A stretch of DNA of 63,453 nt, filler included, from Rozella allomycis CSF55 (GCA_000442015.1; 13 parts of 13 records of this genome joined end to end with filler, not necessarily neighbours in it); one strand, 5' to 3'. Numbered from the whole stretch's first letter, positions 1 through 12,381 are shown. Notes: generated from the sequence alone by a model not told the origin. Numbers and translations are program-made.

Positions 1-24
1 AAAAAAAGAATTTCATTTTTATAG

Positions 25-394
25 ATTCTTAACAAATCTAAGAAATCATGTGGGTGCCGTTTATCAAGTTTGCTGGTCCTCAGACTCTCGAATGTTGCTT
101 AGTGCTAGTAAAGATAGCACTATGAAGATTTGGGATTTAAAGAAGAAAAAACTCATGTTAGATCTACCAGGTCATTTAGATGAAGTATACACTGTAGACT
201 GGAGCCCTTCTGGAGACAGAGTCGCTAGCGGAGGAAANAAAGAAAAAACTTATGCTAGATCTACCAGGTCATTTAGATGAAGTCTACACTGTAGACTGGA
301 GCCCTTCTGGAGACAGAGTCGCTAGCGGAGGAAAAGACAAAGTGCTGAAAATGTAAGATTTTAATTGAAAAGTTATGTTAGCTGGAGACAATAA
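25..394 (+). CDS. NLE1: Notchless/Rsa4 WD40 ribosome assembly protein, 3' exons (partial)
   Basis: HVGAVYQVCWSSDSRMLLSASKDST...DLPGHLDEVYTVDWSPSGDRVASGGKDKVLKIWRQ*; last intron 353-381; N-joined duplicate segment at 238. Confidence 0.9.
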
Positions 395-512
395 AAATTT
401 ATTCATTTTTTATTTTAATCTATAAATTTATTGTCATGGCTTCTTGTTGGATAGTTCTTNAAAACTTATGTTAGCTGGAGACAATAAACATTTATTCATT
501 TCTTATTTTAAT

Positions 513-921
513 CTATAAATTTATTGTCATGGCTTCTTGTTGGATAGTTCTTGCATTCGAAAGTTCTTCGGTACCTTCCCAGCTTCCATCGACATTTTTC
601 TATACAAAATTGAAATTTTTTACATACCAAGAGGTTATTTAAGTCGGCCAATGCTCTCTCGAGCCTCTTCTTGCAGTCAGGGATCATTTTTTCTGTTTCT
701 TCCAAAACCTCAATCTAATTAACTACTACATATATTCATACTTGTTTTTTGATATCATATGCATCTTTATTTTCCATTTTCATTTTATCTATTTTGGCGG
801 ACTGGATTTTGTATTCTTTTTCATATGAAGTAATATCTTTCATAATTCTTTCTAGTGTTTTATTATTCTTTTACCTTTTCACTGTTCCTGATGTGACTGA
901 AAGAGTTTTTAGTGAACTCAT
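513..921 (-). CDS. TBCA: Tubulin-specific chaperone A (Rbl2), multi-exon
   Basis: MSSLKTLSVTSGTVK...KDITSYEKE...YDIKKQ...VLEETEKMIPDCKKRL matches cofactor A pattern; short introns. Confidence 0.85.
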
Positions 922-1225
922 TTTGTAATTTGCAAGGGTTGTTGCAACTTGCAACTACAGTATGAATATATCATGATTGCCAATTGCCATTAATTTAGTT
1001 TTTAAATAAACGCTAGTATAGTTTCGCATACAAAAAACAATTGAATCGAATTTTTCCGAAACATTTTTTATGGAGCCCCTCTCCATTCTACCCTGCTGTA
1101 CCAGCGATCTTAAAGATTGTGTACTACTTTGTAATAATAGATATGCAAAGTATTTTATATTTATAGCTTAACAAAGGCCGGTACTCATTCTAACGGATGC
1201 CAAATCTGTAATATTCCACAGCACT

Positions 1226-1766
1226 TTGTGCGGAAATGCGACACAGTTTTTTTCACTAATATTGATAGGATATAAAGTTAAAATAAAGAGCGGGAGATTA
1301 GAATATCGAAATAATCCATTGACATCGAGCAGCCACAAAGTCTTCATCAGAATATATGAATTAGAATGGGTGGAAAATCAATTTGGAAGGAAAATAAGAT
1401 GCGAGTCTGGTAATCTCCCTTTGCCCGAGTCAAACACAACCTTGTCGAAAGTAAAATTTGTAGGTTAGCTCGATTCAGAAGTCAATGATGTTGAATGCTT
1501 CCAATTTTGAGCGCGATGAAATGCCTTTGCTAGGGATTATTGAACAATTTACCACGACAAGTTCATCTCTTGATATATTCGAAGGGGTATCTGCAAGATG
1601 CAAGATAACAGACCTTGAGTTTATGATAAAAACACTGATTGATACAAGAAAAATAGTTTATAACCAAAGTATTAAGCGAGCGAAACATTATATGATTGAT
1701 CTGTTTCTTGCAATTTGTTGCTCAACACGTCATTTTTCGAATGTTAGTTTCAAGCCGAAAAAGTAA
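1226..1766 (+). CDS. Hypothetical protein, probable exons of an unidentified gene
   Basis: Consecutive + strand ORFs separated by short GT..AG segments; no recognisable motif. Confidence 0.3.
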
Positions 1767-2000
1767 TAAGTTGATCTGCTTAAAAAAGAGTTGCATGGCT
1801 AAATAATCAGAAATGTACAGCACATACTACATCAAAGTATTTTGGGCATGAATTGTTCATGCGACAAAAAGACAAGGTGAAATCGTAAGATTTTTGAAAA
1901 GTTGTTAGAAGATGTTATCTTTATATTAATCATGGGCAAGCGGGAAGATATGAATTTTCAGTTTATACCTTTACCCATGCAAATAATGTGATGAGGAGGG

Positions 2001-2100
2001 NNNNNNNNNNNNNNNNNNNNNNNNNNNNNNNNNNNNNNNNNNNNTTAATTAATTAANNNNNNNNNNNNNNNNNNNNNNNNNNNNNNNNNNNNNNNNNNNN
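2001..2100. other. Artificial scaffold spacer (first of 12)
   Basis: 44 N + TTAATTAATTAA + 44 N; also at 7158, 8756, 10168, 12382, 18438, 21109, 42187, 43363, 44757, 46861, 60290. Confidence 0.98.
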
Positions 2101-5100
2101 GGCCTTTGCACCAACAGCCCTGGGCCAAGGACAGAATGAAGCGATTTCACGAAAGGATGGAGACCTTTCAACAAGCAAGATGCCGTACTTGTCACGAAAT
2201 GTGGCCTACCCCTGCAGTAGTCCCAGACAACATGGCCGAATATGTCTGTCACAGATGCAAGAAGGATCCGATGAAATTCAGCCTTGAAAACGACATGCTT
2301 CCTAATCCTTCCGCCATTCCGTTGCGAATAAGAAAAATGCTGAAGAACTTGACACCAGTCGAAGAGATGCTGATTAGCCCAGTCCTTCCTATCATGGCTG
2401 TCTACAAGCTGCCTGGCGGACAATCCGTGAGCCGTGGATTCACAGCTAATTTCCGTCAAGATGTGAACGACCTCTGCAAACAACTTCCACGTCTACCGAC
2501 TTGTCTGCCCGTTCTGATTGGGCGTCGCCGTGGGCAACAGAATACATTGCGCGAATGCAAAGTCCGACGAGCCAGGTATGAGATGAATGACATCAATGAC
2601 AGAGTCCTGGCCGTTTTGGAGTTTCTTTGTGAATATCATCCACTCGTCCTTGCTCTCGGGATAGCCATCGAGCACGCAAATCTGTCGCAATTGCCAAAAG
2701 ACAATGTTCTAGACCTAGCTGCTTTAGAAGGCACCGAGGAAGAGATGGAGCAGCTGGATGACATTGCGCGACAAGATTTGGGACCAGAAATGGCTGACCG
2801 AATTCCATGAAGACGCCATGGCTTCTCTGTGCTTCCCCAAGCTCTTTCCCCTCGGAATGGCTGACCCTACACAGCACGCGCGTTTGCAGAAAGTGACAGA
2901 GAGCCAAGGATTTGACCAATTGCTGAGATACGCGGAAGACGATCCCGACAATCCTGACGCCATGTACTACCCGTTCGCCGAGCACTCCCGATTCATGTTT
3001 TGCGCAAATGACAGAGTTCGACGTCATCGCATTCTGTCGCAAAGCAAAATCTTTTTGAAGCAAAATCAGAATGAGGCGAACATGACAGTCGCGGACTTGA
3101 AGAATCTGCTTGGCAGCAATCAGGCATCCGAGTTGATGGATGCGAATGTCGGCATACTCAGCCAATATCACAGGATCTCAGTCATTTAGGTACCATCGGC
3201 GCGTTGAGTTGGAACACATTTTTCTGGAAAAGGTAATCGAGCAATATGCAACGACAGGAACTGTGTTCTGGACTGCTAGCTATTCAGATAATCACCAGAA
3301 TCATTGCCATCGCCTCATGCCTCTTGCAGCGAACACGGCATCTGAACGGTATCGAAATTGCCTGCGCAACCCCCACCTGGTTGACTGGTTTTTTGAAATA
3401 CGTTCGACGGAGTTCCTCAAAGCTCTCTTTGACGATGTTCTGAACGCAGAGTAGACTTGGTTTAGATACGAGTGGCAATCGAGGACTAGCATTCACGCGC
3501 ATGGAACCACAAAGTTCAAGAATGATCCCGGCTTGTGCGAACTGACCACAAAGGCATACGTCGGTCGCTTGATGGAAACTCGTAAGCCAATAACCCCAAC
3601 GCAGTTATCGATCCTACGCAACAAGAGGTGATCGACGCGGGTAAAAATTCATCGAACATTGTCCTGAAGTACGCGCAATGGCTTTTGACCGCCTCAAATC
3701 CCAGAGTAAATCGTGACGAGCACCCTGGTGGAGTACCAGATCCACACCCTTGCTCAAAACGGATTCTGGATATCATTGACGATGCCGCTGCAATGGCACG
3801 GGACTACGAAGAGCTCTGTAACTGTTGTCAAAGACATGTGTGTAGACCCGGAGGCTACTGCAAAAGGAAAAAAGCCCGCGTGAATGGCAAACCGAGTCGA
3901 TTCGACTATCACATGGATCTCTCCGATAAAGCGGAACTTGTCTTCATTGAAACCGACAAGTCTGTTCGGGCAGAGATACGCCTACCGCGTAACGATGAGA
4001 CTTTTAACATCCACAATCGCTTGCAACACCACCATTGGCGTGCGAATGTGGATATGCAAATCATTCTTGACAAACATGCAGCCATACGATACATGGTAAA
4101 GTATGCCAGCAAGGGCGAAAAGGAAAGCGGTCAACTCCAAGACGTGTACAACACTGTGAAAAGAAATGCTAAAGAAGACGATTCGATTCGGCGCACGGGA
4201 AGATGCGCTCACTGATGATAAAGTCTCTGGGCAACCGCGACATTGGAAAAGGAGAAACGTCGCGTCTCCTAATGGGAGGCAGCCACTACAAGTCGCCTTT
4301 CAAATTTACAAAGGTTAACCTGGATCTGGACAGCCGTCGTGTCAACTTGGAAGATGCCGACCCGAATGCCCAAGCCCTCTGCCCGTCAGTACTACAGATG
4401 TTGCCAAATGGAAAACGTTTCTTCTTCAAGCGGCACCTGATGTGCAGCGATACGCAGACTTCTCATTTAACTTGAACCAGCAGCTGGCGCTGGCGAGACA
4501 GGAAGGACAAGATGATGATCCAGCCGAGGCTGAGAACCTTTTGCTTAGAGACGATTGGATGAACTTGGCCGACATGCGTCCCGAGGTACATTTTCAAAAA
4601 TCACGTTCATCTAGATTGAACATGTTGAGATGAACGCACCTGCTGTTAATAATGACCATGACTGGCAAGCATCGCGACAAACCTATTCAGCTCGTGAACT
4701 AGCCGACATGCAAGGATGGCTCGAGAAACATAAACGAACGTCACCGGATGTAGATCGTCCTTTACCTCCAGTCAATAGGGAACACTTGAATGATGGCCAG
4801 CGTCGTGTCTACGATTTGTTGCAAGGTCACTTGTAAGGGAACAAGCAGCTGTTGATGATTGTCAATGGCATAGCGGGCACAGGAAAGTCACACACCGTCT
4901 ACGCCCTCTCCAATCTATTGGCTGACAGGGTCAAACGCTGTGCCTTTACTGCCAAGGCTGCTTACTTGATACATGGCTCCACCCTACACTCTACATTCAA
5001 GCTGCGACCCAACAAGCCTTTCACCAAGCTGAAAGATAATGCGCTTAAACAGCTTAAAGAGACTTTCAAGTATGTCACTACGATTATAATCGATGAGTAC

Positions 5101-6290
5101 TCCATGCGGTCGCAGGAACTCATCGGCTGCATCGACGCGAGATTGCGTCAAGCGAAGAATGCGCAAGATGTCCTGTTCGGTGAAGTGTCTATTCTCTTAG
5201 TCGGCGATCCAGCTCAACTTCTTCCTGTCGGCGGATCTCCTCTCTACTCGGACAATCCCAAGAAGCCCATTTCTACGGCTGGTCGCGACGCTTACGTTGC
5301 ATTCAAGAATGTTGTCAAGCTAGATCAAGTCATGCGACAGCAAAATTGGACGGCGACGCGCTGCAGCAGAAATACATTGTAAGCAGAAACAATAGACATG
5401 TTATTTAGGAACTTCTTTCACGTTTGGCCAATGGTGAGTCGACCGCTGAAGATTGGCGCGTGCTCTTGCCGTTGTCCTTCTGCTCTAAGTCAAGAAGAGC
5501 ACAACACTTTTCAAGACGCCATACGGCTGTTTAGCACGAATGAGAAAGTAGACGAGCACAATCAGCACCAGTTGAATGCGCTTGGCATGCCTATTATCAG
5601 GCTCACGGCGACAAACTCCAATTCTTCTGCCAGGAACTTAAGCTCGAGTAAGTTCAGAGGACTCGAGAATCATCTGTATCTGTGTAAGAATGCTGAAGTC
5701 GTGCTCACGACAAACCTGTGGATCCGAACAGGTTTGGTAAATGGTGCAAAGGGAATCATCAAGGACATCATCTATGCTCCAGGCGATGGTATGGATAAGC
5801 TTCCCAACACATTGCTTGTGCACTTCCCTGACTACGCAGGGTCGCGGTTCTTTCCAGACGAGGCGCGAAGAAACTGGATCCCGATGTCTGTATTATCGGC
5901 GGCTTGTGACTACGGTAGCAACATGAAGAGAATTCAGTACCCATTTCGCCTGGCATATACAATGACGATCCCCAAGGCTCAGGGCCAGACTCTCAAGAAG
6001 GTTGTCGTCGATCGCGGTGACAAGGAAATGTCACTCGGTCTCTCTTTCGTGGCTATATCACGTGCGAAACGCTTGAAGGATATGATTATCATGCCCATGT
6101 CCTTTGACCGTTTAACAAAAATCAAGAACTCCACGTCCATGGGCCCTCGACTTAAAGAGCAAAAGAGGCTTGATGAACTAGTCGCTTCTACACAGCTTCA
6201 GTTTCAAATGCAATAGTTTAAATACACTCGACAGCGTGTCACAACAACTTTAAAATTTATGATTCAGCTTGCTGAATTACTTTTATCTAA
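2101..6290 (+). mobile_element. Helitron, degenerate RepHel (HUH Rep + PIF1 helicase), 5' end lost in gap
   Basis: VEEMLISP motif; WFRYEWQSRTSIHAHG (HUH); YMVKYASK (Y2); GIAGTGKS, IIIDEYSM, GDPAQLLPV, AQGQTL, VAISR helicase motifs; many frameshifts/stops; visibly more GC-rich than host genes. Confidence 0.92.
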
Positions 6291-6325
6291 ACCGGCGAAG
6301 CTACGAGCATCGCTCAAAGTATCTT

Positions 6326-7085
6326 ACTACCTTAGTTTGTTCCGAATTTAGTTCTTGAATCTTGAAAGTCGTCGATCCAAGTTTCTCAACAACTCTAAAA
6401 GGACCATAAAATTTAACTTTTCATTTCTTTGCTATTTGAGGATTAAAATCTTTTCTTTTTAAATCTATTCGAGCTTTCATTAATCGACTCTTATAGTCAT
6501 TCGTTTCTTTAACATTATTTAATAAATTCTGCATTCTATTAATTAAATTTAATTTATATTCCTCAATATTTAATTCCTTCCCCTCCCAATTTTGTTTCCA
6601 AACATCCAGCGGAGTGCGAGGGTCTCGACCATGACAAATAAAGAAAGGAGTATCGCCAATAGTGGGAACCACACTTACGCGATATGAATATAATATTGGA
6701 TCAATATATTTATTCCAATATCCTTTTTCGTCGTTAAGTAGGATTGTTAGAGCGTCTCCAAGGTAACGATGGAACCTTTCTATCTTGCCGTTTCCTTGAG
6801 GGTAATAGGCTGCTGTACGACTAGTTTCAATTTTTAATTTCTCACATAAATATTTAAAAACCTTCGACATAAACTGTTTTCCTTGGTCAATATGAAATGA
6901 ATTTTACCAAACAGTCTGACACGTTTCTTGCTTCAATTTTCGACAAGAGGTAGGCTACAGGCCAACGTGAAAAATTATCCAGCATAGTCAGAATATATTT
7001 ATTCCCATTTTTACTTTTAGGAAAAGGACCTAAAATATCCATATGCACAAAATCAAAAGGTTGAGAAGGAGACATTGCTTGAAGA
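6326..7085 (-). mobile_element. Ty3/Gypsy LTR retrotransposon integrase fragment, degenerate
   Basis: PFDFVHMDILGPFP, DNFSRW, DQGKQF, YYPQGNGKIER, and C-terminal FYGPFRVVEK (GPF motif); frameshift near 6887 and stop at 6421. Confidence 0.92.
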
Positions 7086-7086
7086 G

Positions 7087-7117
7087 TTAGGGTTTAGGAT
7101 TAGGGTTAGGGTTAGGG
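7087..7117 (+). repeat. Interstitial telomeric-type repeat (TTAGGG)n
   Basis: ttaggg t ttagga ttaggg ttaggg ttaggg. Confidence 0.8.
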
Positions 7118-7625
7118 GCAACGCAACTCCGCCAATGAAAATTAAAACTTAATTAAANNNNNNNNNNNNNNNNNNNNNNNNNNNNNNNNNNNNNNNNNNN
7201 NTTAATTAATTAANNNNNNNNNNNNNNNNNNNNNNNNNNNNNNNNNNNNNNNNNNNNACTGTGAATATCATTCCGCATGGCACATTATTACATCCACATG
7301 AACTCCCATATAATAACATTCACATAATAATCAGGTAATCAATCATTCCGCATGATACTTTGCTGCACATTATTAATAACCAGCTGCGAAATGTGTTTTA
7401 AGGTTAACCCTATATTAAATACCCCTGTCAAAGAAATGATTACAGAGGAAGACAGTGGATTGAAACTCGAGGATTTAAAGAAAAATTTTATTTAAATTTG
7501 AAAACTACTATTTTTTCACCAAAGAGGATTGGGCTGCAGGCCTTGGACTAGCAGGACGTGCTATCTACAATAAGCTCAATTCAGCGAGTAAAAAATCAAA
7601 GTTAGAATAATAATTAGGCATTCCA

Positions 7626-8524
7626 ATGAAGCTTAAACCCACTTCTAACGAATATTCAGCATCGATAGTAGTGGATGATTTGACGGATCGCTTTACATCT
7701 TTTGCCGCAGATGCTTTTATTAGAGATGGAATAATGTTTCGTAAAGAATTCTTTCCTTATCCACTGTATAATTATGAAGTCAAGACACTTTATGTTCGCC
7801 AATGCTATATAGATGTCTTTGAGTTATTCGCGGCAAGGATTGAAAGAGGACCAAAAAATTTGGAATATCAGGGATTCCGGGAGTTGGGAAATCGCTGTTT
7901 TTTCTGTATATCTTGTTCCGTGTATTAAAGGGGGATTCTTCATTCAAGCCAAAGAAAATAATGTGTCAAAATGAACTTGAATTCCTGTGTTATGAATCTA
8001 GTCCTGAAAACGAATCAATAGTCAAAATACATTCAAGACATGAGGCATACATGGTTTTGCAAAAAGCTGACACTCTATATATTATTGACGGTAGCAAGGA
8101 TTCCAAGGAATCTCCCATCAACTCTCGATGCGTCACTGTTTTAATTGGTTCGACTGGTTCAAATGACTACAAGAGATATATAATGCAGAAGATGGCTACT
8201 GAATGGTATTTTCCTGTTTGAACTTTGGAAGAATTGAAAGCTTGCCGCGAAAATTGCTATCAAGGTTTACCAGAAGAGTTTTTGAAAGAGAGATATCTAA
8301 TGTTTGGTGGAGTAGCTCGTGTTATATTTTGGGTTTGCAATGATCAAATTGACCGAAATGGAATACCCCATAAGCTGGCCACGGACCTTGAGGGTGCTTT
8401 GAATGATGAAACAGGCGTCAGAAATGTTGTTGGACCACCCCAATTATCAAAAGGTTTCAATACAATCCATTCCCTGTTGCATATCTTTGTGGATGAACAA
8501 ATATATCTTTTTCCTATAAATTGA
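7626..8524 (+). pseudogene. Crinkler/RHS-type P-loop NTPase effector-like pseudogene
   Basis: LYVRQCY, frameshifted GISGIPGVGKSLFFLY Walker A, LYIIDG, YFPV*TLEEL (W to stop at 8219), ERYLMFGGVAR. Confidence 0.75.
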
Positions 8525-8855
8525 GAGAGATAAGAAAATTCAGGCGTTAACTCTCAAATTCCAACCATTTTAGATAATTGGATAAGGTGAATTTTTGTAA
8601 TTCATTCAGATTTCCAAAGGAATCTTGTCTTATACAATCCATCTACTTTACAATTTGGAATTTTATTTTCATCTTAAAATACATACATGTCTTCTTGCTC
8701 TTCAGTTTGGTCATCTTGTCGCGGACGATCTTGGATTAATATCGGTACAATTTGTNNNNNNNNNNNNNNNNNNNNNNNNNNNNNNNNNNNNNNNNNNNNT
8801 TAATTAATTAANNNNNNNNNNNNNNNNNNNNNNNNNNNNNNNNNNNNNNNNNNNN

Positions 8856-9970
8856 TTGGCCCTAAACATTTGTCAAAAGGATATACGATTCAAATCGTGT
8901 GTGTAGCAATGATGAATATCGTCCATTTAAACTTAAAAAATGAATACAAAATGTGATGATTCGCAAAGAACATTTGTCAAAAGGATATTAGATTCAAATC
9001 GCCNAATCGCCTGGGTACAGATCCATTGATCATTTTTGAATGAAAATCTACTGAATATTTAGGTACTTTTCTAAAGAGACACTGATGTGTTCAATGAGAT
9101 GCTCCTTTTCTGTTGTCTGTTGAAAATAATTTAGAGCTTGCTACAAAACCCTGCTCCTAAGGCTTCAAGTATTTTACTGTCTTTGTCTATTTTGTTTACG
9201 AAACAGCTAGAGCCTAACTTAATTATCTATATCTAAATATCGTGCATCAGATAATCAGATCAACCAAAAACAAACATCGGAAACATGTGCTAGCAATGAT
9301 GAATATCGTCTATATGAAACTAAAAAAGAATACAAAATGTGACGATTCAGATTAGCTTAAACTTAAAAAACAATACAAAATGTGATAAGTCGCCAAGAAC
9401 ATTTGTCAAAAGGATATTAGATTCCAATCGGAAACATATACACAGTAAAACCATCATAAATGATCAATGGATCATTTATGAAACAGAAAATCAAAATCTA
9501 TAACAGCAAAAAGATATGAGATTCAAAATGCCTGAGTAGAAAAATATATACACAGTAAAACCATGAAACAACATGTCAAAAATAGAAGCAGCGTCATTTA
9601 TAGGATGTTGAATATTTAGGTATTTTTCTAAAGAGACGCTGATGTGTTCAATGAGATGCTCCTTTTCCGTTGTCTGTTGAAAATGATATCGAGCTGCTTG
9701 CTACGAACACCTGCTCTAACGCTTCAAGTATTTCACTGCGTTTCCCTTCCTTCTAATCGCAGCAAAAAATAAGACGAGGTAAGTTTAATGCTTCGCAACA
9801 TGTTCAAACTGGAAACCGAACAATACAATGGATCTTTTCCTTTTGCTTTTTCAAGTATATTACTGCTTTTCTCTTCCATCTAATCGTAGCAAAAATAAAA
9901 TGAGGTCCAGCCTCCAAGGTTTCCTGCTGCCTTTCCTAAGCCAACTATTCAAACTGGAAACCGAATTTGA
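8856..9970. repeat. Non-coding contig made of interleaved dispersed direct repeats
   Basis: aacatttgtcaaaaggatat x3 (near 8866, 8969, 9398); about 125-nt block near 9052 repeated near 9609; tagcaatgatgaatatcgtc x2; ttcaaactggaaaccgaa x2. Confidence 0.75.
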
Positions 9971-10267
9971 ACATGTAATGCAATGCTGTTTTGTTCTATT
10001 AGTATAGGGTCTTTTAAATAAAGTATAAACTATTCCAATTTCGTCCATCATTTTTTTCCACAAACATATTATACCAATACATTGAATTAAACACTTTTTA
10101 AAAAGAAGGAAACAAAACAAACCTTTATTATCACAATCCAATTTGGGTATGAAAAATGCTTTTCGACNNNNNNNNNNNNNNNNNNNNNNNNNNNNNNNNN
10201 NNNNNNNNNNNTTAATTAATTAANNNNNNNNNNNNNNNNNNNNNNNNNNNNNNNNNNNNNNNNNNNN

Positions 10268-11324
10268 GGTGCCGTTTAGTTTGAAGAACCGAACTGTGGT
10301 GATGATGAACAAGCATTTTCTGTTTCTGCAGCCTGGCAGACGCTGGCATGTGATAGAGAATGCGATCAAGGAGACGTATTTGCCTACTTTCCAATCGTTC
10401 ATGTATGGAGATACGGGAAGATGGAATAAAGAGTTGCAGGATGAGTTTGCGTTTCTAGAGATGACAAGGGGTAATGTGAGTTTCAATAGTTGGGAAATGC
10501 ATGCGGTTGAAGGATGGAGTACTGTTGGGATGTATGTGAGTGATGAGGACCCGGTGTTGCATCCGTGGATGTTGACGAACCATTATTACTGGTATAGACC
10601 TGGGAAGAGGGATGTGGTGTCATCGTATCATGATGGCAATGAGGTTGTTCGATGTTATCCGCTGGCTGTGATTGGAGGAAATGAGGAGAGGGGAATGGAG
10701 CATGAAAGATTGGAGAGGTTTCATAGATTCCAGTGGCAGATGTATAATTTTTATGGGATATATCATGGAAGAGAGACGAGTGAGATATCGTATTGTGTGT
10801 TGGTGCAGGGGCGGGGCAGGAGTGAGATTGTGAATTTGAAGGAGGTTGTTGAGGGGATAGAGGGGGTGTTGAGATTGCGGGTAGTGTATATGGAGAGGAT
10901 GAAGAGTATGGGGGAGAGAATAGAGACGTTTGCGTATAGTAGGTGTTTGATTAGTGCGGATGAGAGTGTGTTTGAGAATTTGTATTTCATGGGAGGCAGA
11001 AGTTTAATTTTAGAGATCACTGGAGGAAGTAGGGGTGAGGAGGTAAGTGGGGGAGATAGAAGTGGGGGAGATAGAAGTGAAGGGGATGGGGATGGGGAAA
11101 TAGGTAGAAGTGAAAGTGAGAGTGATAGACGTGGTAGAACTTCAAGTGATAGACGTAGTAGAACTTCAAGTAAAAGTTATGCCGAAAGAATATCAAATGA
11201 ATTATTTTATCGATATTACAATTTCAAGGCAAAAGTAGTGAGAGATGAGAGTGATCAAATGAACAATCGGGGGATGTATGTGAACATGACAAGATTTATG
11301 CATGACTTTATAAGAATAATATAA
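10268..11324 (+). CDS. Glycosyltransferase family 61-like protein, 5' partial
   Basis: RSEIVNLKEVV...VVYMERMKSMGERIETFAYSRCLIS...ENLYFMGGRSLILEI resembles GT61 C-terminal signature; low-complexity G/D/R/S insert. Confidence 0.55.
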
Positions 11325-11408
11325 ACTAAGTTGAAGGGAAATAAAAAAGTTTTAAATATTAAATATTAATAGTTTTAAACATTAGACTTGTACTCATATC
11401 TATAAAAT

Positions 11409-11530
11409 TACCGATGTTACATCTTTACCGATAATTTATCGGTTTACCGACCTACATTATCGGTAAAGATCGATTTATATCGGTAACAACGGTAATGAGT
11501 GAATTTCGATAATAACGATAAATCGATAAT
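11409..11530. repeat. Nested inverted repeats of an ACCGATAA/TTATCGGT motif
   Basis: Perfect 15-bp IR 11421-11435 / 11456-11470 plus several further copies in both orientations. Confidence 0.75.
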
Positions 11531-11835
11531 AGCGCTTTATTGATTATTGCGAAGTTGACTTTCAGGAATTCCAGTATTTTGCATAATGATTTTCGGGTTT
11601 TTATGGGTGTTTGAGAACCACAATACTTGGTAAAAATAAATTCTAAGGTCTCTTTGTCAAATCATGTAGCTGATTCCGGGTAACTCAGAAAATTCCCATG
11701 ATCAACCCTGGTCTTTATAATTAGAGTCTATCTCCAATATCTCCAAAGCCTATCTTAAACCATATAAGAAGAGCTTCCTGGGGGCTAACCAGGTAAATGG
11801 AAACCCTAACTCTTGACCGCTTGAGAGGCCAAGCG

Positions 11836-12381
11836 ATGGCATACTCGATAATGAAGTTTGATAGCTATGAACGCAAAAAATACGTCATGGCTTCAGATTT
11901 CCTTAAAATGAACTTTGGTAAATGTGTTCTCTAAAACTTTGTAGGTGTTGAAGTTGGAAAAGAAGAGCTTAAAAGAAGAAGAAATAAGTTGATGGAAGAG
12001 TTCAAGAGTGAAGAATTTGATGTAGAGTCTGCTAAAGAGCGTTTGCTAGCTGAGGCAGGGATTGAGGTTGCCCTTTCTGCTAAAGAACAGGGCACCTCAG
12101 ACGAAGCCATTACTTATCTCTTACGACGGGTGGATCATCTATATGAGATGGATAAGAAAATTTTGAATGAGTTGACAACCTTGAAAACTTACTGCATGAA
12201 CAATATCGTGCCACTTGGTGTCACAGGCGCTATAGCTTTATCGCCAGAGGCACCAAAGAGGCTAAAGCAAGATAAAGCTAGGGAAATTTTAAGTGACGAG
12301 CTTACAAAATCTTCAGAGTCCTCGTCTCTCTCCGAAGAGGCATCTACAAGTGCACAAATGGAGCGGGAAGAGAAACAAGAA
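11836..12381 (+). CDS. Hypothetical protein, 3' partial
   Basis: Open frame to the gap, with probable GT..AG mini-intron near 11918-11945; no family recognised. Confidence 0.4.

Noticed and set aside
139..550. Short tandem duplications joined by a single n (also near 18299, 21644, 22161, 22986, 35165, 56161, 62327)
   Set aside because: Typical unmerged contig overlaps or haplotype variants, not real tandem repeats.
2045..2056. Recurrent TTAATTAATTAA palindrome
   Set aside because: Always centred in a 100-nt N spacer; an artificial six-frame stop linker. Adjacency across these gaps is also not guaranteed.
8219..8221. TGA at a conserved Trp as evidence of an alternative genetic code
   Set aside because: The gene also has a frameshift, and intact genes use TGG for Trp and TGA as stop.
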